From Azolla caroliniana (Eukaryota > Plantae > Polypodiophyta), in the NCBI GenBank assembly GCA_043228905.1, contig JBHGNT010001104.1, forward strand, positions 1 through 12,054: 12,054 nt of DNA, given 5' to 3'. The translations under genes were made by a program, and so were the position numbers. Every line of letters starts with the position of its first letter. Position 1 is the first letter of the stretch. The notes under the pieces were generated by a model, which was not told the origin of the DNA, did no database searches, and saw only the letters and a list, made by a program, of their open reading frames with translations. Of this stretch, positions 1 to 8,592 are shown piece by piece.

Positions 1-254
1 AGAGAGATTAGTGAAGTGTTTAGTTAGAGAACACTAATCTCTCTTCCTTGTTGGTGCTAGACCTCTTACCAAAGAGGGTTAATAACATATTCATTATTCT
101 TATTGTCTACATTCGTTACCCTATTGTCTATGAGAGCGAGCTTGAGAGAGTGAATCGTTAAGTAAGTCTGAGGTTCAAAGGTGTCTGACAACCATCTCCG
201 CCCGATTTGCCATCAAAAGGGTATATGCCGGTCCGAACTCCACGAACGACATCG

Positions 255-620
255 AGGACTTAACTCCATCAATACATAGATCCTACACAATCATCTATAT
301 TCCTCGCAGGATTACACGAGCATCTTCTTACAATGTTAGCCTTAACCGACTTCTCACAATAAACAATTGAGCAGGTGGTCGCCCGCGTCCTCGTTGTGGA
401 TACAGCTTAGCATAATACCTCTTTCTCTATGGGATTCCTCCAAAGTACCTTCCCGACACATTAAGAAACCCAATTTCGGCCAGCAATCCAATGCACGACA
501 TGCTCTAACTCCGGCTATTTGGCCGTGGAGTGTGCTCTTTGACCACACTGCCTGATCTACCACTCCCGCACACACACGGTAGAGTAGTGTGAATATAATA
601 TGCTCATCGCACAACCACCT
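255..620 (+). pseudogene. gag: Degenerate LTR-retrotransposon Gag C-terminal fragment with double CCHC zinc knuckle
   Basis: Manual translation of codons starting at positions divisible by 3 gives ...LHQYI..SIFLAGLHEHLLTMLALTDFSQ*TIEQVVARVLVVD...IQCTTCSNSGYLAVECAL*PHCLIYHSRTHTVE*CEYNML. This contains two CX2CX4HX4C knuckles (492-533, 549-590), each broken by single transitions (CAT>TAT, TGC>TAC, CGA>TGA, CAG>TAG). Not in the ORF track. Confidence 0.8.
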
Positions 621-719
621 CTCTAGTATGCAAAATTGAGCCCTACCACGATTGTCCTCAATAGGATGATCGCGATCATCCGCCACCAAGAAATCAGGTT
701 CCCCATTTTTGGTAATTTC

Positions 720-750
<31 letters not shown>
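720..750. repeat. (CT)n microsatellite
   Basis: About 15 CT units with one interruption, read directly. Confidence 0.95.
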
Positions 751-1066
751 ACTTTAGGGGTTTCATTTTTGTTGTGTTGAGTGTCAGATATTTTCCCTTC
801 TTTCCGGCTTATTTGTACGAGATGTGAGAATATGTGAGTGTGCACACGTGTTTCCTCGCTCTCATCCAGTTGCCTCCGTTGTGTATTGGGTGAAGTTCCG
901 GCCTATTGGCCGGTATATTGGCCGGTGTCGTCGGAACCAGTAAGCTCGGTCTTCCCTCCTCCATCTCTCTCTGGTGCAAGATCCCGGTGGTCCCGCACTA
1001 GATCGTACACGCGTTGATTTCCACGACATCTTTAGTGAACCCGACGTGAAAGGGCAGCAAGGGAGG

Positions 1067-1790
1067 ATGGAGTTGGAAGATGAAGACTTCACAGAGATAA
1101 TGACAAAAGTAGTCATAGAGTTCAGATGAGTGACAATGAAATGAGAAGCGGCACAACACGCTGTCGAGAGCATGGTCGATAGAGTTGACCGTTTTAATAG
1201 GGACAAAGTCCCATTCTTCTTGGAAGCCTACAACACGGAAATGGCAGTGCGAAACGTAGATGAGACATTGAGGCTAGAGTTTTTTGTCGAGTGGTAGCCA
1301 TCCGGATGCACTCGCAAGTAAAGGAGCTCCATGAAGCTCATAGTTCATGGGAGGCCTTCGAAGCTGCACTCTTGAAAGACTTCGACCAGTGGATAGTGTC
1401 GGCGAAGGGTTTCCTGGAGTTTAAGCAGCGCTTTGATAGGCTCCTGGTGCACGAACAAAGACTGGTGAGCGGGGGCAAAACCCGACGGTACCATTGGCAA
1501 GGGTGTGGAGCAAGTCACCCTCTCCACTTGTGGAGAAAGACCGATTGAGGATAAACTCGGAATCGGACAGGTGACGATCGCGAGTTCGGAAAAGGACCAA
1601 TAGTTTCGTGCATAACTAGTGGCCGAAACTTTAGAGAAGGAGAAGCAAGCAGATTCAAGGCTTGCATGATCGAAGAAGAGGAGATAACTACTAGTCGTGA
1701 TATCGAGGAGTTAGTGGCGATGGACGAGTTGTCAGCGGACAAAGTTACGGAATTGTTCCACACATGGGTCCCGAAGACTCTAACACTTGA
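1067..1790 (+). pseudogene. gag: Degenerate Ty3/gypsy-like Gag N-terminal (capsid-like) fragment
   Basis: ATG at 1067 gives MELEDEDFTEIMTKVVIEFR*VTMK*EAAQHAVESMVDRVDRFNRDKVPFFLEAYNTEMAVRNVDETLRLEFF. A frameshift in the T-run near 1280-1285 leads into CRVVAIRMHSQVKELHEAHSSWEAFEAALLK (track ORF 1291-1548). The F-x4-V-x2-FL-x2-Y and 'SWEAFEAALL' patterns are typical of retrotransposon Gag. An acidic remnant continues to about 1790. Confidence 0.65.
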
Positions 1791-1809
1791 AGCGCGTAAA
1801 ATTAACAAT

Positions 1810-2022
1810 TGTTAACACCCGTAAAATTAACAATTGAAGCGTAGAACGGAAAGTACAGAGACTACTTTTGTTAATCAATTTCATCGATTCCAGACCCTTT
1901 TATAGGCATCCGGTAAGAATTACAAAATGGTGCCTACTGGCTATCGGCTATCAATTAGTATGGATCCAGATCGGTTCTGTCATGATAACACTCACATTAT
2001 GCATAGAAAGGATCATGACAAT
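1810..2022 (-). mobile_element. LTR-like fragment, interrupted by the next element
   Basis: Starts TGTTAACACCCG (LTR-terminus-like) and contains CCTTTTATAGG, a reverse-strand TATA context common in plant LTRs. A 17-bp direct repeat lies at the junction (1795-1811 and 1820-1836). Confidence 0.35.
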
Positions 2023-2748
2023 TGATAGGAATACACGCTCCCGACGAACAGCGCTCGGCCACAACCGAGCCTAGAATCAAAATACAGTAAACGGGTAATG
2101 AACGCACGACATAATGAAGAGAAGAGAACATAGGATGTTAACGTGGAAAACCCCAAACTAGGGGAAAAAACCACGACAACCCACAGACTGCAAACTATCA
2201 CTACATCAGAATGTACAATAGTGAAGCACCGAGGCAACGACCTCGAGCTTGCTATCTTCGCCACAGGGGCGGTTACAACAGAGATACGAACTCTTCGTCT
2301 CTTTCTCTCTCACTCTCTCTCTGTACACTGTTGTGCTCTCTAATCTTGCACCAACAAGAATAATAACAACAAACTAATGTTTGCCCTAAGTCATATTTAT
2401 ACTAATATGACTTTTCGGCTGTTTACAAATGTAGCCCCGATGGACTCTCAGAAACATATTTACGAATATGTCCCTTCATCCGGTGAGCACTCGTCACGAG
2501 GTCTGCATCATCCGGTGCTTGCCTGGCACACGTCATCCAGTTCTCACCGGTTCTTCCGTTGTCGGGTGCTCCACATCTGGTTCTCACCGGGTCTTCACCA
2601 TCCGGCTCTTGCCGGGTACTCATCATCCGATTCTCACCGGGTCTTTTGTAGCCGGGTACTCGTCATCCGGTTTCGGCCGAGGCCGATAGGGTTTTTAGTA
2701 CTTGTGGGCCGTATGGCCTAAGCAAGGAGTGCGAGCGTATAACCTTCA
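2023..2748 (-). mobile_element. Probable solo LTR (~726 bp)
   Basis: TGA...TCA ends (TGATAGG / CCTTCA) with flanking 5-mers ACAAT and ACGGT, a degenerate TSD differing by two transitions. It has the typical plant U5 motif CGTGGAAAACCCC..GGGGAAAAAACCAC (~2141-2175), a reverse TATAAATA at 2394-2401 inside a 10-bp inverted repeat, and U3-like tandem repeats. Confidence 0.55.
2477..2672. repeat. Degenerate tandem repeats (CATCCGGTTCTCACCGGGTCTT core) in the putative LTR U3
   Basis: CATCCG/CATCCA/CATCTG recurs about 7 times and TTCTCACCGG 3 times. Confidence 0.8.
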
Positions 2749-2828
2749 ACGGTTGGATAGTTAGGGTAAATAGTATGGTACCTAAAGAATAGTATAAGGG
2801 TAAAAGCATGCGAGTGGAAACACTATTA

Positions 2829-2881
2829 TAGCTAATTAGCTACTAAAATGGCCATAGCTAATTAGCTATTTGTTTAGCTAG
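2829..2881. repeat. Subterminal copies of the TAGCTAATTAGCTA palindrome
   Basis: Two full copies (2829-2842, 2855-2868) plus a partial TTAGCTAG. Confidence 0.85.
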
Positions 2882-3048
2882 TCTTTCTTGTGGGAAAATC
2901 AAATATTTGAAAAACTAATTTATGAAAAAACTCAAATATTTGAACTTCTGTTTCAGACGTAGTGGAACTTGGGGAATATCACCATCATCTAAGGTCGACT
3001 TCAATGTCATCAATTTCCTGTTTAGCCTAAGTCTGATTTTGAACGCAG

Positions 3049-3305
3049 ATGGAGTACTCAGAGCACGAACGCAGACGTAGCTCCCGCAACAGCAAAAAAT
3101 CGACATTGCAGATTGAGAGCTACAACACAGAACCCGCTCGATCATCGTCCAGGTATGTTTCAGTTACAGAAACCCCAAACATTTGTTTTTTCTTTTTGAC
3201 TACTGTCTGAACTTTGGTGCCGATTCATATTTCCCCAAAATCGAATAGGGCGAAGTCCTTGGAGTCCCATACAAGGATGTCTCGCAAATCGGGGAGTAGC
3301 AACAG
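3049..3305 (+). CDS. Putative 5' exons of the RING cargo gene (exons ~3026/3049-3152 and 3249-3305)
   Basis: Donor CAG|GTATGT at 3153, acceptor ATAG| at 3248, donor CAG|GTGTGT at 3306. The frame from the ATG at 3049 (MEYSEHERRRSSRN...) is phase 2 and needs the alternative donor at 3308 to join the next exon. A phase-1 frame from acceptor 3025 joins directly. The start codon is unresolved. Confidence 0.4.
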
Positions 3306-3347
3306 GTGTGTTTATATTACTTTTTTTGTGTTTAATCCTGTCTTTAG

Positions 3348-3755
3348 TGATTAGGGTTTGTGATTGAAATTTCTGATTAGGGTTTGTGATTGAAATTTCT
3401 GATTAGGGTTTTTGATTATAAATTTCTGATTAGAATTTCTGAATAGGGTTTCTGGTTACAAATTTTGATTACAAATTAGAATTTCTGAATAGGGTTTTTG
3501 TTTATAAATTTCTGCTTAGGATTTCTGATTAGGGTTTGTGATTGAAATTTTTTATTAGGGTTTCTGATTGAAATTTCTGATTAGGGTTTTTGATTATAAA
3601 TTTCTGATTAGAATTTCTGAATAAGGTTTCTGGTTACAAACTTCTGATTACAGATTTTGATTAGGGTTTCTGATTTCAAACTTCTGATTACAGATTTTGA
3701 TTAGGGTTTCTGATTTCAAATTTCTGAATACAAATTATGATTAGGGTTTCTGATT
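3348..3755. repeat. Intronic minisatellite built on telo-box TTAGGGTTT (units like GATTAGGGTTTCTGATTGAAATTTCT)
   Basis: About 11 TAGGGTTT copies separated by AAATTTCTGATT-type spacers, lying inside predicted intron 3306-3861 (GT...TTTCAG). Confidence 0.9.
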
Positions 3756-3861
3756 TGCTAAGTTAAAGATTTTGCACCATTTTTGTTGTTGTTGATTGGG
3801 GTTTTTGATTCTCACATATTCTGATTTTGCACTATTTCTGATTTCTGAAATGATATTTCAG

Positions 3862-6662
3862 ATGGCTCGTTCCTCCAGCGTAAAATAGAACTGCAAATAG
3901 AGATCCAGGTTCTTTCAATGAACCTGGACCTTCTAGGTGTAAATACTGTTGCAGATTACAATTTGGATAAGCTTCAAGTAAGTTAACGATTCCTGAGCAA
4001 AGTTGGTGTATCTTTCAACAACAAGAATAATTAATCGGTAAATTTCTCTGTTGCGTTGAAGGAACAATACATTCATCAAGAACAGGTAGTTAGCTGCCTT
4101 AAGAAGAAGCTACATTTTGTGGAGGGGATGGTAAGGACCAGACAGGATTTGGACCTGAACATTCTTGCTCCCTTACCAAATGAAGTAGAACCAGAAAATG
4201 ATTTATTGACAGTTCAAGCACGTTGCATCGCTTGTGGGTTAGGTGTGGAGGACAAAACTGCGTCTTTGTTGGTTCACCTACAACCATGCAACCACACATA
4301 CCATCTGCTTTGTTTTCAACATGCCTGTCGAATTGCTGCATTCTGTTTGGGAGATTGCAGTACAACTCTACCAAATGAGTGGAGAAAACAAACAGGTATA
4401 CCATACTGTAGCTAATAAGCTTAGTCTTTTCTAATTAGCTATCCTACTAGCTAATTAGCTACTGGCAGCTAATGAGCTACTAGCTAATTAGCTATGCTAG
4501 TAGCTAATTAGCTATGGTACTAGCTAATTAGCTAGTACCATAGTTGTGTAAAAAAGCTAAATAGCTATCCTACTAGCTAATTAGCCACTGGCAACTAATT
4601 AGCTATCCTAGTAACTAATTAGCTACTGCCATAGTTGTGTAAAGTAGCTAATAAGCTATCCTAGTAGCTAGTTAGCTATGGTACTAGCTAATTAGCTAGT
4701 ACCATAGTTGTGTAAAAAAGCTAATTAGCTATCCTACTAGCTAATTAGCTATCATAGTAGCTAATTAGCTACTGACATAGTTGTGTAAAGTAGCTAATAA
4801 GCTATCATAGTAGCTAGTTAGCTATGGTACTAGCTAATTAGCTAGTACCATAGTTGTGTAAAAAAGCTAATTAGCTATCCTACTAGCTAATTAGCTACTG
4901 GCAACTAATTAGCTATCCTACTAGCTAATTAGCTATCCTACTAGCTAATTAGCTATCATAGTAGCTAATTAGCTACTGACATAGTTGTGTAAAGTAGCTA
5001 ATAAGCTATCCTAGTAGCTAATTAGCTACTGGCAGCTAATTAGCTATCCTAGTAGCTAATTAGCTACTGGCAGCTAATTAGCTGTCCTAGTAGCTAATAA
5101 GCTATCCTAGCTACTACATAGTTGAGAAAGTAGCTAATTAGCTTTCATTGTAGCTAATTAGCTATCCTAGCTACCACCATAGTTAGTAAAGTAGCTAATT
5201 CGCTATCCTAGCTACTACCATAGTTAGTAAAGTAGTTAATTAGCTATCCTAGCTACTACCATAGTTGAGTAAAGTAGCTAATTAGCTACCATAGTAGCTA
5301 ATTAGCTATCCTAGCTACTACTATAGTTGTGTAAAGTAGCTAATAAGCTATCCTACTAGCTAATTAGCTATCCTAGTAGGTAATTAGCTATGGTACTAGC
5401 TAATTAGCTAGTACTATAGTTGTGTAAAAAAGCTAATTAGGTATCCTACTAGCTAATTAGCCACTGGCAACTAATTAGCTATCCTAGTAACTAATTAGCT
5501 ACTGCCATAGTTGTGTAAAGTAGCTAATAAGCTATCCTAGTAGCTAATTAGCTACTAGCAGCTAATTAGCTATCCTACTAGCTAATTAGCTACTACCATA
5601 GTTGAGTAAAGTACCTAGCTATCCTACTAGCTAATTAGCTACTGGAAACTAATTAGCTATCCTAGTAGCTAATTAGCTATCCTACTAGCTAATTAGCTGC
5701 TGGCAACTAATTAGCTATCCTACTAGCGAATTAGCTATCCTAGCGAATTAGCTATCCTAGTAGCTACTGCCATAGTTGTGTAAAGTAGCTAATAAGCTAT
5801 CCTAGTAGCTAATTAGCTACTGGCAGCTAATTAGCTATCCTAGTAGCTAATTAGCTACTGGCAACTAATTAGCTGTCCTAGTAGCTAATTAGCTACTGGC
5901 AGCTAATTAGCTGTCCTAGTAGCTAATAAGCTATCCTAACTACTACCATAGTTGAGTAAAGTACCTAATTAGCTATCCTAACTACTACCATAGTTGAGTA
6001 AAGTACCTAATTAGCTATCATACTAGCTAATTAGCTATCGTACTAGCTAATTAGCTATCCTAGCTTCTACCATAGTTTAGTAAAGTAGCTAATTAGCTAT
6101 CCTAAATAACTGTCATGTTATTGTAGAATCTTGTGGATTAAGGATGGCACATGATGTGTCTGGTGCTGATGATGCTGCAACAGATGAGGATACTACTGCC
6201 AATGTGGCTGAAAGTAAGAGTCCTGCTATCACATCTCCTTCAGATCAGCTGCACCCTATTCTTTTGGAACAGTGTACTGAATTAGGCAACGATGTGAAAT
6301 GCCATGAAATAGTGGAAACAACATGTAAAACTGAGGTTCACAACAACAGTGTTTATGAACACTTGATGCAACATTTCTTCGAGTCTCAAGACCTTGATTC
6401 CACCCCACCGAGCCCAACTACTGAAAATGTCCAAACAGATCCCTCTGTACTTGAAAAGCTAGTTCAAGAAACGGCTGATGTGCAATTAGCTGCTGAGGCG
6501 ATGGGAAGGTTGTCGGAGGAGGACACACTTGCGCATTGGGTCCTAGAAGCAAGGCTAAATGGGGAACCAACCAGAAAAAGGCTGAAGAAGGGGCCACGAT
6601 CGGGAACAAGACCAGTTACTCGGTCAAGGGGCCCAGACGTAGTGGAGCGAAATACTGTTTAG
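3862..6662 (+). CDS. Spliced coiled-coil + RING-H2 zinc-finger protein with acidic tail and basic C-terminus (exons 3862-3977, 4062-4395, 6127-6662); putative E3 ligase
   Basis: Intron 3978-4061 (GTAAGT...GAAG, phase 0) and intron 4396-6126 (CAG|GTATAC...TTGTAG|, phase 1) join an unlisted exon (DGSFLQRKIELQ...DKLQ) to track ORFs 4056-4415 and 6144-6662 in frame. RING-H2 pattern C-x2-C-x17-C-x-H-x2-H-x2-C-x10-C-x3-C at 4224-4358. NLS-like PTRKRLKK near the end. Confidence 0.72.
4409..6101. repeat. 1.7-kb palindromic minisatellite (~20-bp TAGCTAATTAGCTATCCTAS units with higher-order CATAGTTGTGTAAAG modules)
   Basis: Read directly. It lies entirely within predicted intron 4396-6126. Confidence 0.97.
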
Positions 6663-6832
6663 TTGGATATGATTGTTAGCTTAGGGATTTTGCTAGGGTT
6701 TTATGAAGTTTTACTATCCTATTGGACAAGTAAAACCTCAGATTGGTTGTTGCTTGATCCACATTATGTAATGGAACTCTATGATGTTTTTCCAAGATAA
6801 TTTGAAGAGTGTTGTTCTATGACTGAAACTCT

Positions 6833-7933
6833 TTGATGTTCAGGATATTGTTTTGTGAGACTAGTAGTTACTTTGTGAGTGTGAATATGTTGGTGTTTTC
6901 TGATGTTGCAGAGTCTAAAGGGTTTGATTCTATTGCTCGTAAGGCCAATGGCAGTGTGGATACTGTTGATGTTGCGGCATGTTTAAAGGGCCCCATCTTG
7001 AAAGTAGATGTAGCAACTGACACAAGTGATCTGGTCACACAAGTTGATCAAGCATGTAGCACGGATGACTTGGTGTTGCAGGTAGATGCAGCATGTAGCA
7101 CGGATGACTTGGTGTTGCAGGTAGATGCAGCATGTAGCACGGATGACTTGGTGTTGCAGGTAGATGCATCATGTGATACCAGTGGACTGATATCGAGCAG
7201 AACAGTAGCTACATGCACTGAGGTAATCCAAGGATTGATAACTAAGTTGACAAAACAAGAGCACCAGAATGTGAAGCTAGGCCCAACACAGTCGACTAGG
7301 GGTTTAAAGAGGAAAAGGACACCAGTTGTGTCAGCCGAACCTGAGCTGATTGAGATTGATCGTATCCTACCAGAAAATGGTGTAACAGCGGCTCAGTTTC
7401 AGGAATGGAAACCTAAACCACTAGAAGTCGAGCGAAGAGCCTTGATCTTGGAGCTGGATAAAGTCTTGATGAGTGTGAGATATATGCAACCAAGGAGGGA
7501 CGCAAATCAGTTTCTAGAGTGGGCTGTGGAGTACTTCGATGTGTGGAAGTGTTTGGCAAGATTCTTCCCAAAATGGCGAAGTCGTTTTAAAGGTCAATGG
7601 GCACGAGAAAATTGTGAGCAGATGGAAGCTGCAAGATTCAAGAGGCTTTCTGATTTTTGGGCTACTTGGCCTGAATATAATGCTGACAATACATTGATTT
7701 TGGATACAGAACATTTCCGACACTACTTCAATATTCGGAGATGCTGTCTCATTCTACCCGAGGAAATGCCTGAACAGTACCTGGTGCAAACAGTGAGCTG
7801 CCAACTAGGTGCATGGTTGTGGACTCCATACCGAGCTCAATATGCGGATAATATATGTAGACTCGTTCCACTGACTAGCAAGAGCTTAGTTGTTTATAGG
7901 AGATTTGTAGACATTTCCAATGGTAATTTATAA
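6833..7933 (+). CDS. Repeat-containing protein with C-terminal FCP1/SCP (NIF)-like HAD domain, catalytic motifs altered; true exon start probably 6912
   Basis: 366-aa open frame. The HAD/NIF motif order is LILELDKVL (cf. LVLDLDETL), PRRDANQFLEWAVEYFDVW, WARENC, FKRLSDFW..YNADNTLILDT. Acceptor TTTTCTGATGTTGCAG| at 6911, NLS-like LKRKR, and 13-aa repeats. Confidence 0.68.
   Translation: MMFRILFCETSSYFVSVNMLVFSDVAESKGFDSIARKANGSVDTVDVAACLKGPILKVDVATDTSDLVTQVDQACSTDDLVLQVDAACSTDDLVLQVDAACSTDDLVLQVDASCDTSGLISSRTVATCTEVIQGLITKLTKQEHQNVKLGPTQSTRGLKRKRTPVVSAEPELIEIDRILPENGVTAAQFQEWKPKPLEVERRALILELDKVLMSVRYMQPRRDANQFLEWAVEYFDVWKCLARFFPKWRSRFKGQWARENCEQMEAARFKRLSDFWATWPEYNADNTLILDTEHFRHYFNIRRCCLILPEEMPEQYLVQTVSCQLGAWLWTPYRAQYADNICRLVPLTSKSLVVYRRFVDISNGNL
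7051..7167 (+). repeat. Three exact 39-bp in-frame repeats (ACSTDDLVLQVDA)
   Basis: AGCATGTAGCACGGATGACTTGGTGTTGCAGGTAGATGC at 7051, 7090 and 7129. Confidence 0.97.
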
Positions 7934-8064
7934 ATATGTAAAGAGATGACATTATTCAATGAAGAATTTAATTACTTGTTCCCACTGTACTTATCTACTG
8001 TGTAATTTGAGGAATATGTTGCAGATTGTTGATTTCATTCTATTGATGACTATTTAGCTATTGA

Positions 8065-8143
8065 CAGCTAATTAGCTGCATTTGTACAGCGAATTAGCTG
8101 CATTTGTACAACTAATTAGCTGCATTTGTACAGCTAATTAGCT
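8065..8143. repeat. 22-bp tandem repeat CAGCTAATTAGCTGCATTTGTA x3.5
   Basis: Units start at 8065, 8087, 8109 and (partial) 8131, between the convergent 3' ends. Confidence 0.92.
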
Positions 8144-8592
8144 ACTGATGACTATTTCGCTATAACTTATAACTTAAAACTTAACAAAAAAGACATGATT
8201 TTATTGAGAAAGAAGCACAGAAAGCAGACTGTATACAAGAAATTGATTCCAAACGAATTTATTGATCTGTTTTCGCGAAATACATGTTTGTTTTACAAGA
8301 GAACATGGTAAGTGCTACTTGTAGCTACAAATTCCATGGCATACTATTGTAAATACATTTGTACAGCTAATTAGCTACTGATGACTATTTCGCTATAACT
8401 TATAACTTAAAACTTAACAAAAAAGACATGATTTTATTGAGAAAGAAGCACAGAAAGCAGACTGTATACAAGAAATTGATTCCAAACGAATTTATTGATC
8501 TGTTTTCGCGAAATACATGTTTGTTTTACAAGAGAACATGGTAAGTGTTACTTGTAGCTACAAATTCCATGGCATACTATTGTAAATACATT
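8123..8592. repeat. 233-bp tandem duplication covering the transposase stop codon and 3' UTR
   Basis: 8123-8359 matches 8356-8592. I found one mismatch (C8315/T8548) and a CATT microhomology at the junction. Confidence 0.93.

Noticed and set aside
1-44. 13-bp perfect inverted repeat (AGAGAGATTAGTG / CACTAATCTCTCT) as a terminator or MITE
   Set aside because: It is real but truncated by the window edge and partly low-complexity, and no function can be supported.
354-845. 163-aa minus-strand ORF with an RE repeat
   Set aside because: It is antisense to the Gag remnant, and the RE run is just the (CT)n microsatellite.
825-880. LTR end plus primer-binding site upstream of the second Gag remnant
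   Set aside because: The ...CTCTCA end is plausible, but the following sequence lacks a TGG-starting tRNA-complementary PBS that I can recognise.
862-1808. Minus-strand ORFs 862-1206, 1345-1527 and 1515-1808
   Set aside because: Antisense shadows of the plus-strand Gag-like pseudogene, with no motifs.
1868-2721. Short ORFs in the LTR-like region
   Set aside because: They arise from LTR and GC-rich repeat sequence, overlap in several frames, and have no recognisable domains.
2821-2835. CACTA/EnSpm element starting at CACTA 2821
   Set aside because: The sequence after CACTA is not the usual CAAGAAAA-type TIR, and the transposase shows DFAENY/SDG/HGKG..DG motifs rather than Tnp2 motifs. Kept only as an alternative boundary.
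3348-3755. True telomere or interstitial telomeric tract
   Set aside because: There is no contiguous (TTTAGGG)n or (TTAGGG)n; single motifs are separated by non-telomeric spacers.
4409-6101. CRISPR array (regular palindromic repeats), also considered for 10432-11528
   Set aside because: The intervening sequences are short and themselves repeated rather than unique spacers. There are no cas genes and the context is eukaryotic and intron-containing.
2915-7723. Minus-strand ORFs 2915-3145, 4099-4404, 6418-6609, 7514-7723 and alternate-frame ORF 4243-4434
   Set aside because: They overlap better-supported plus-strand exons and show no motifs.
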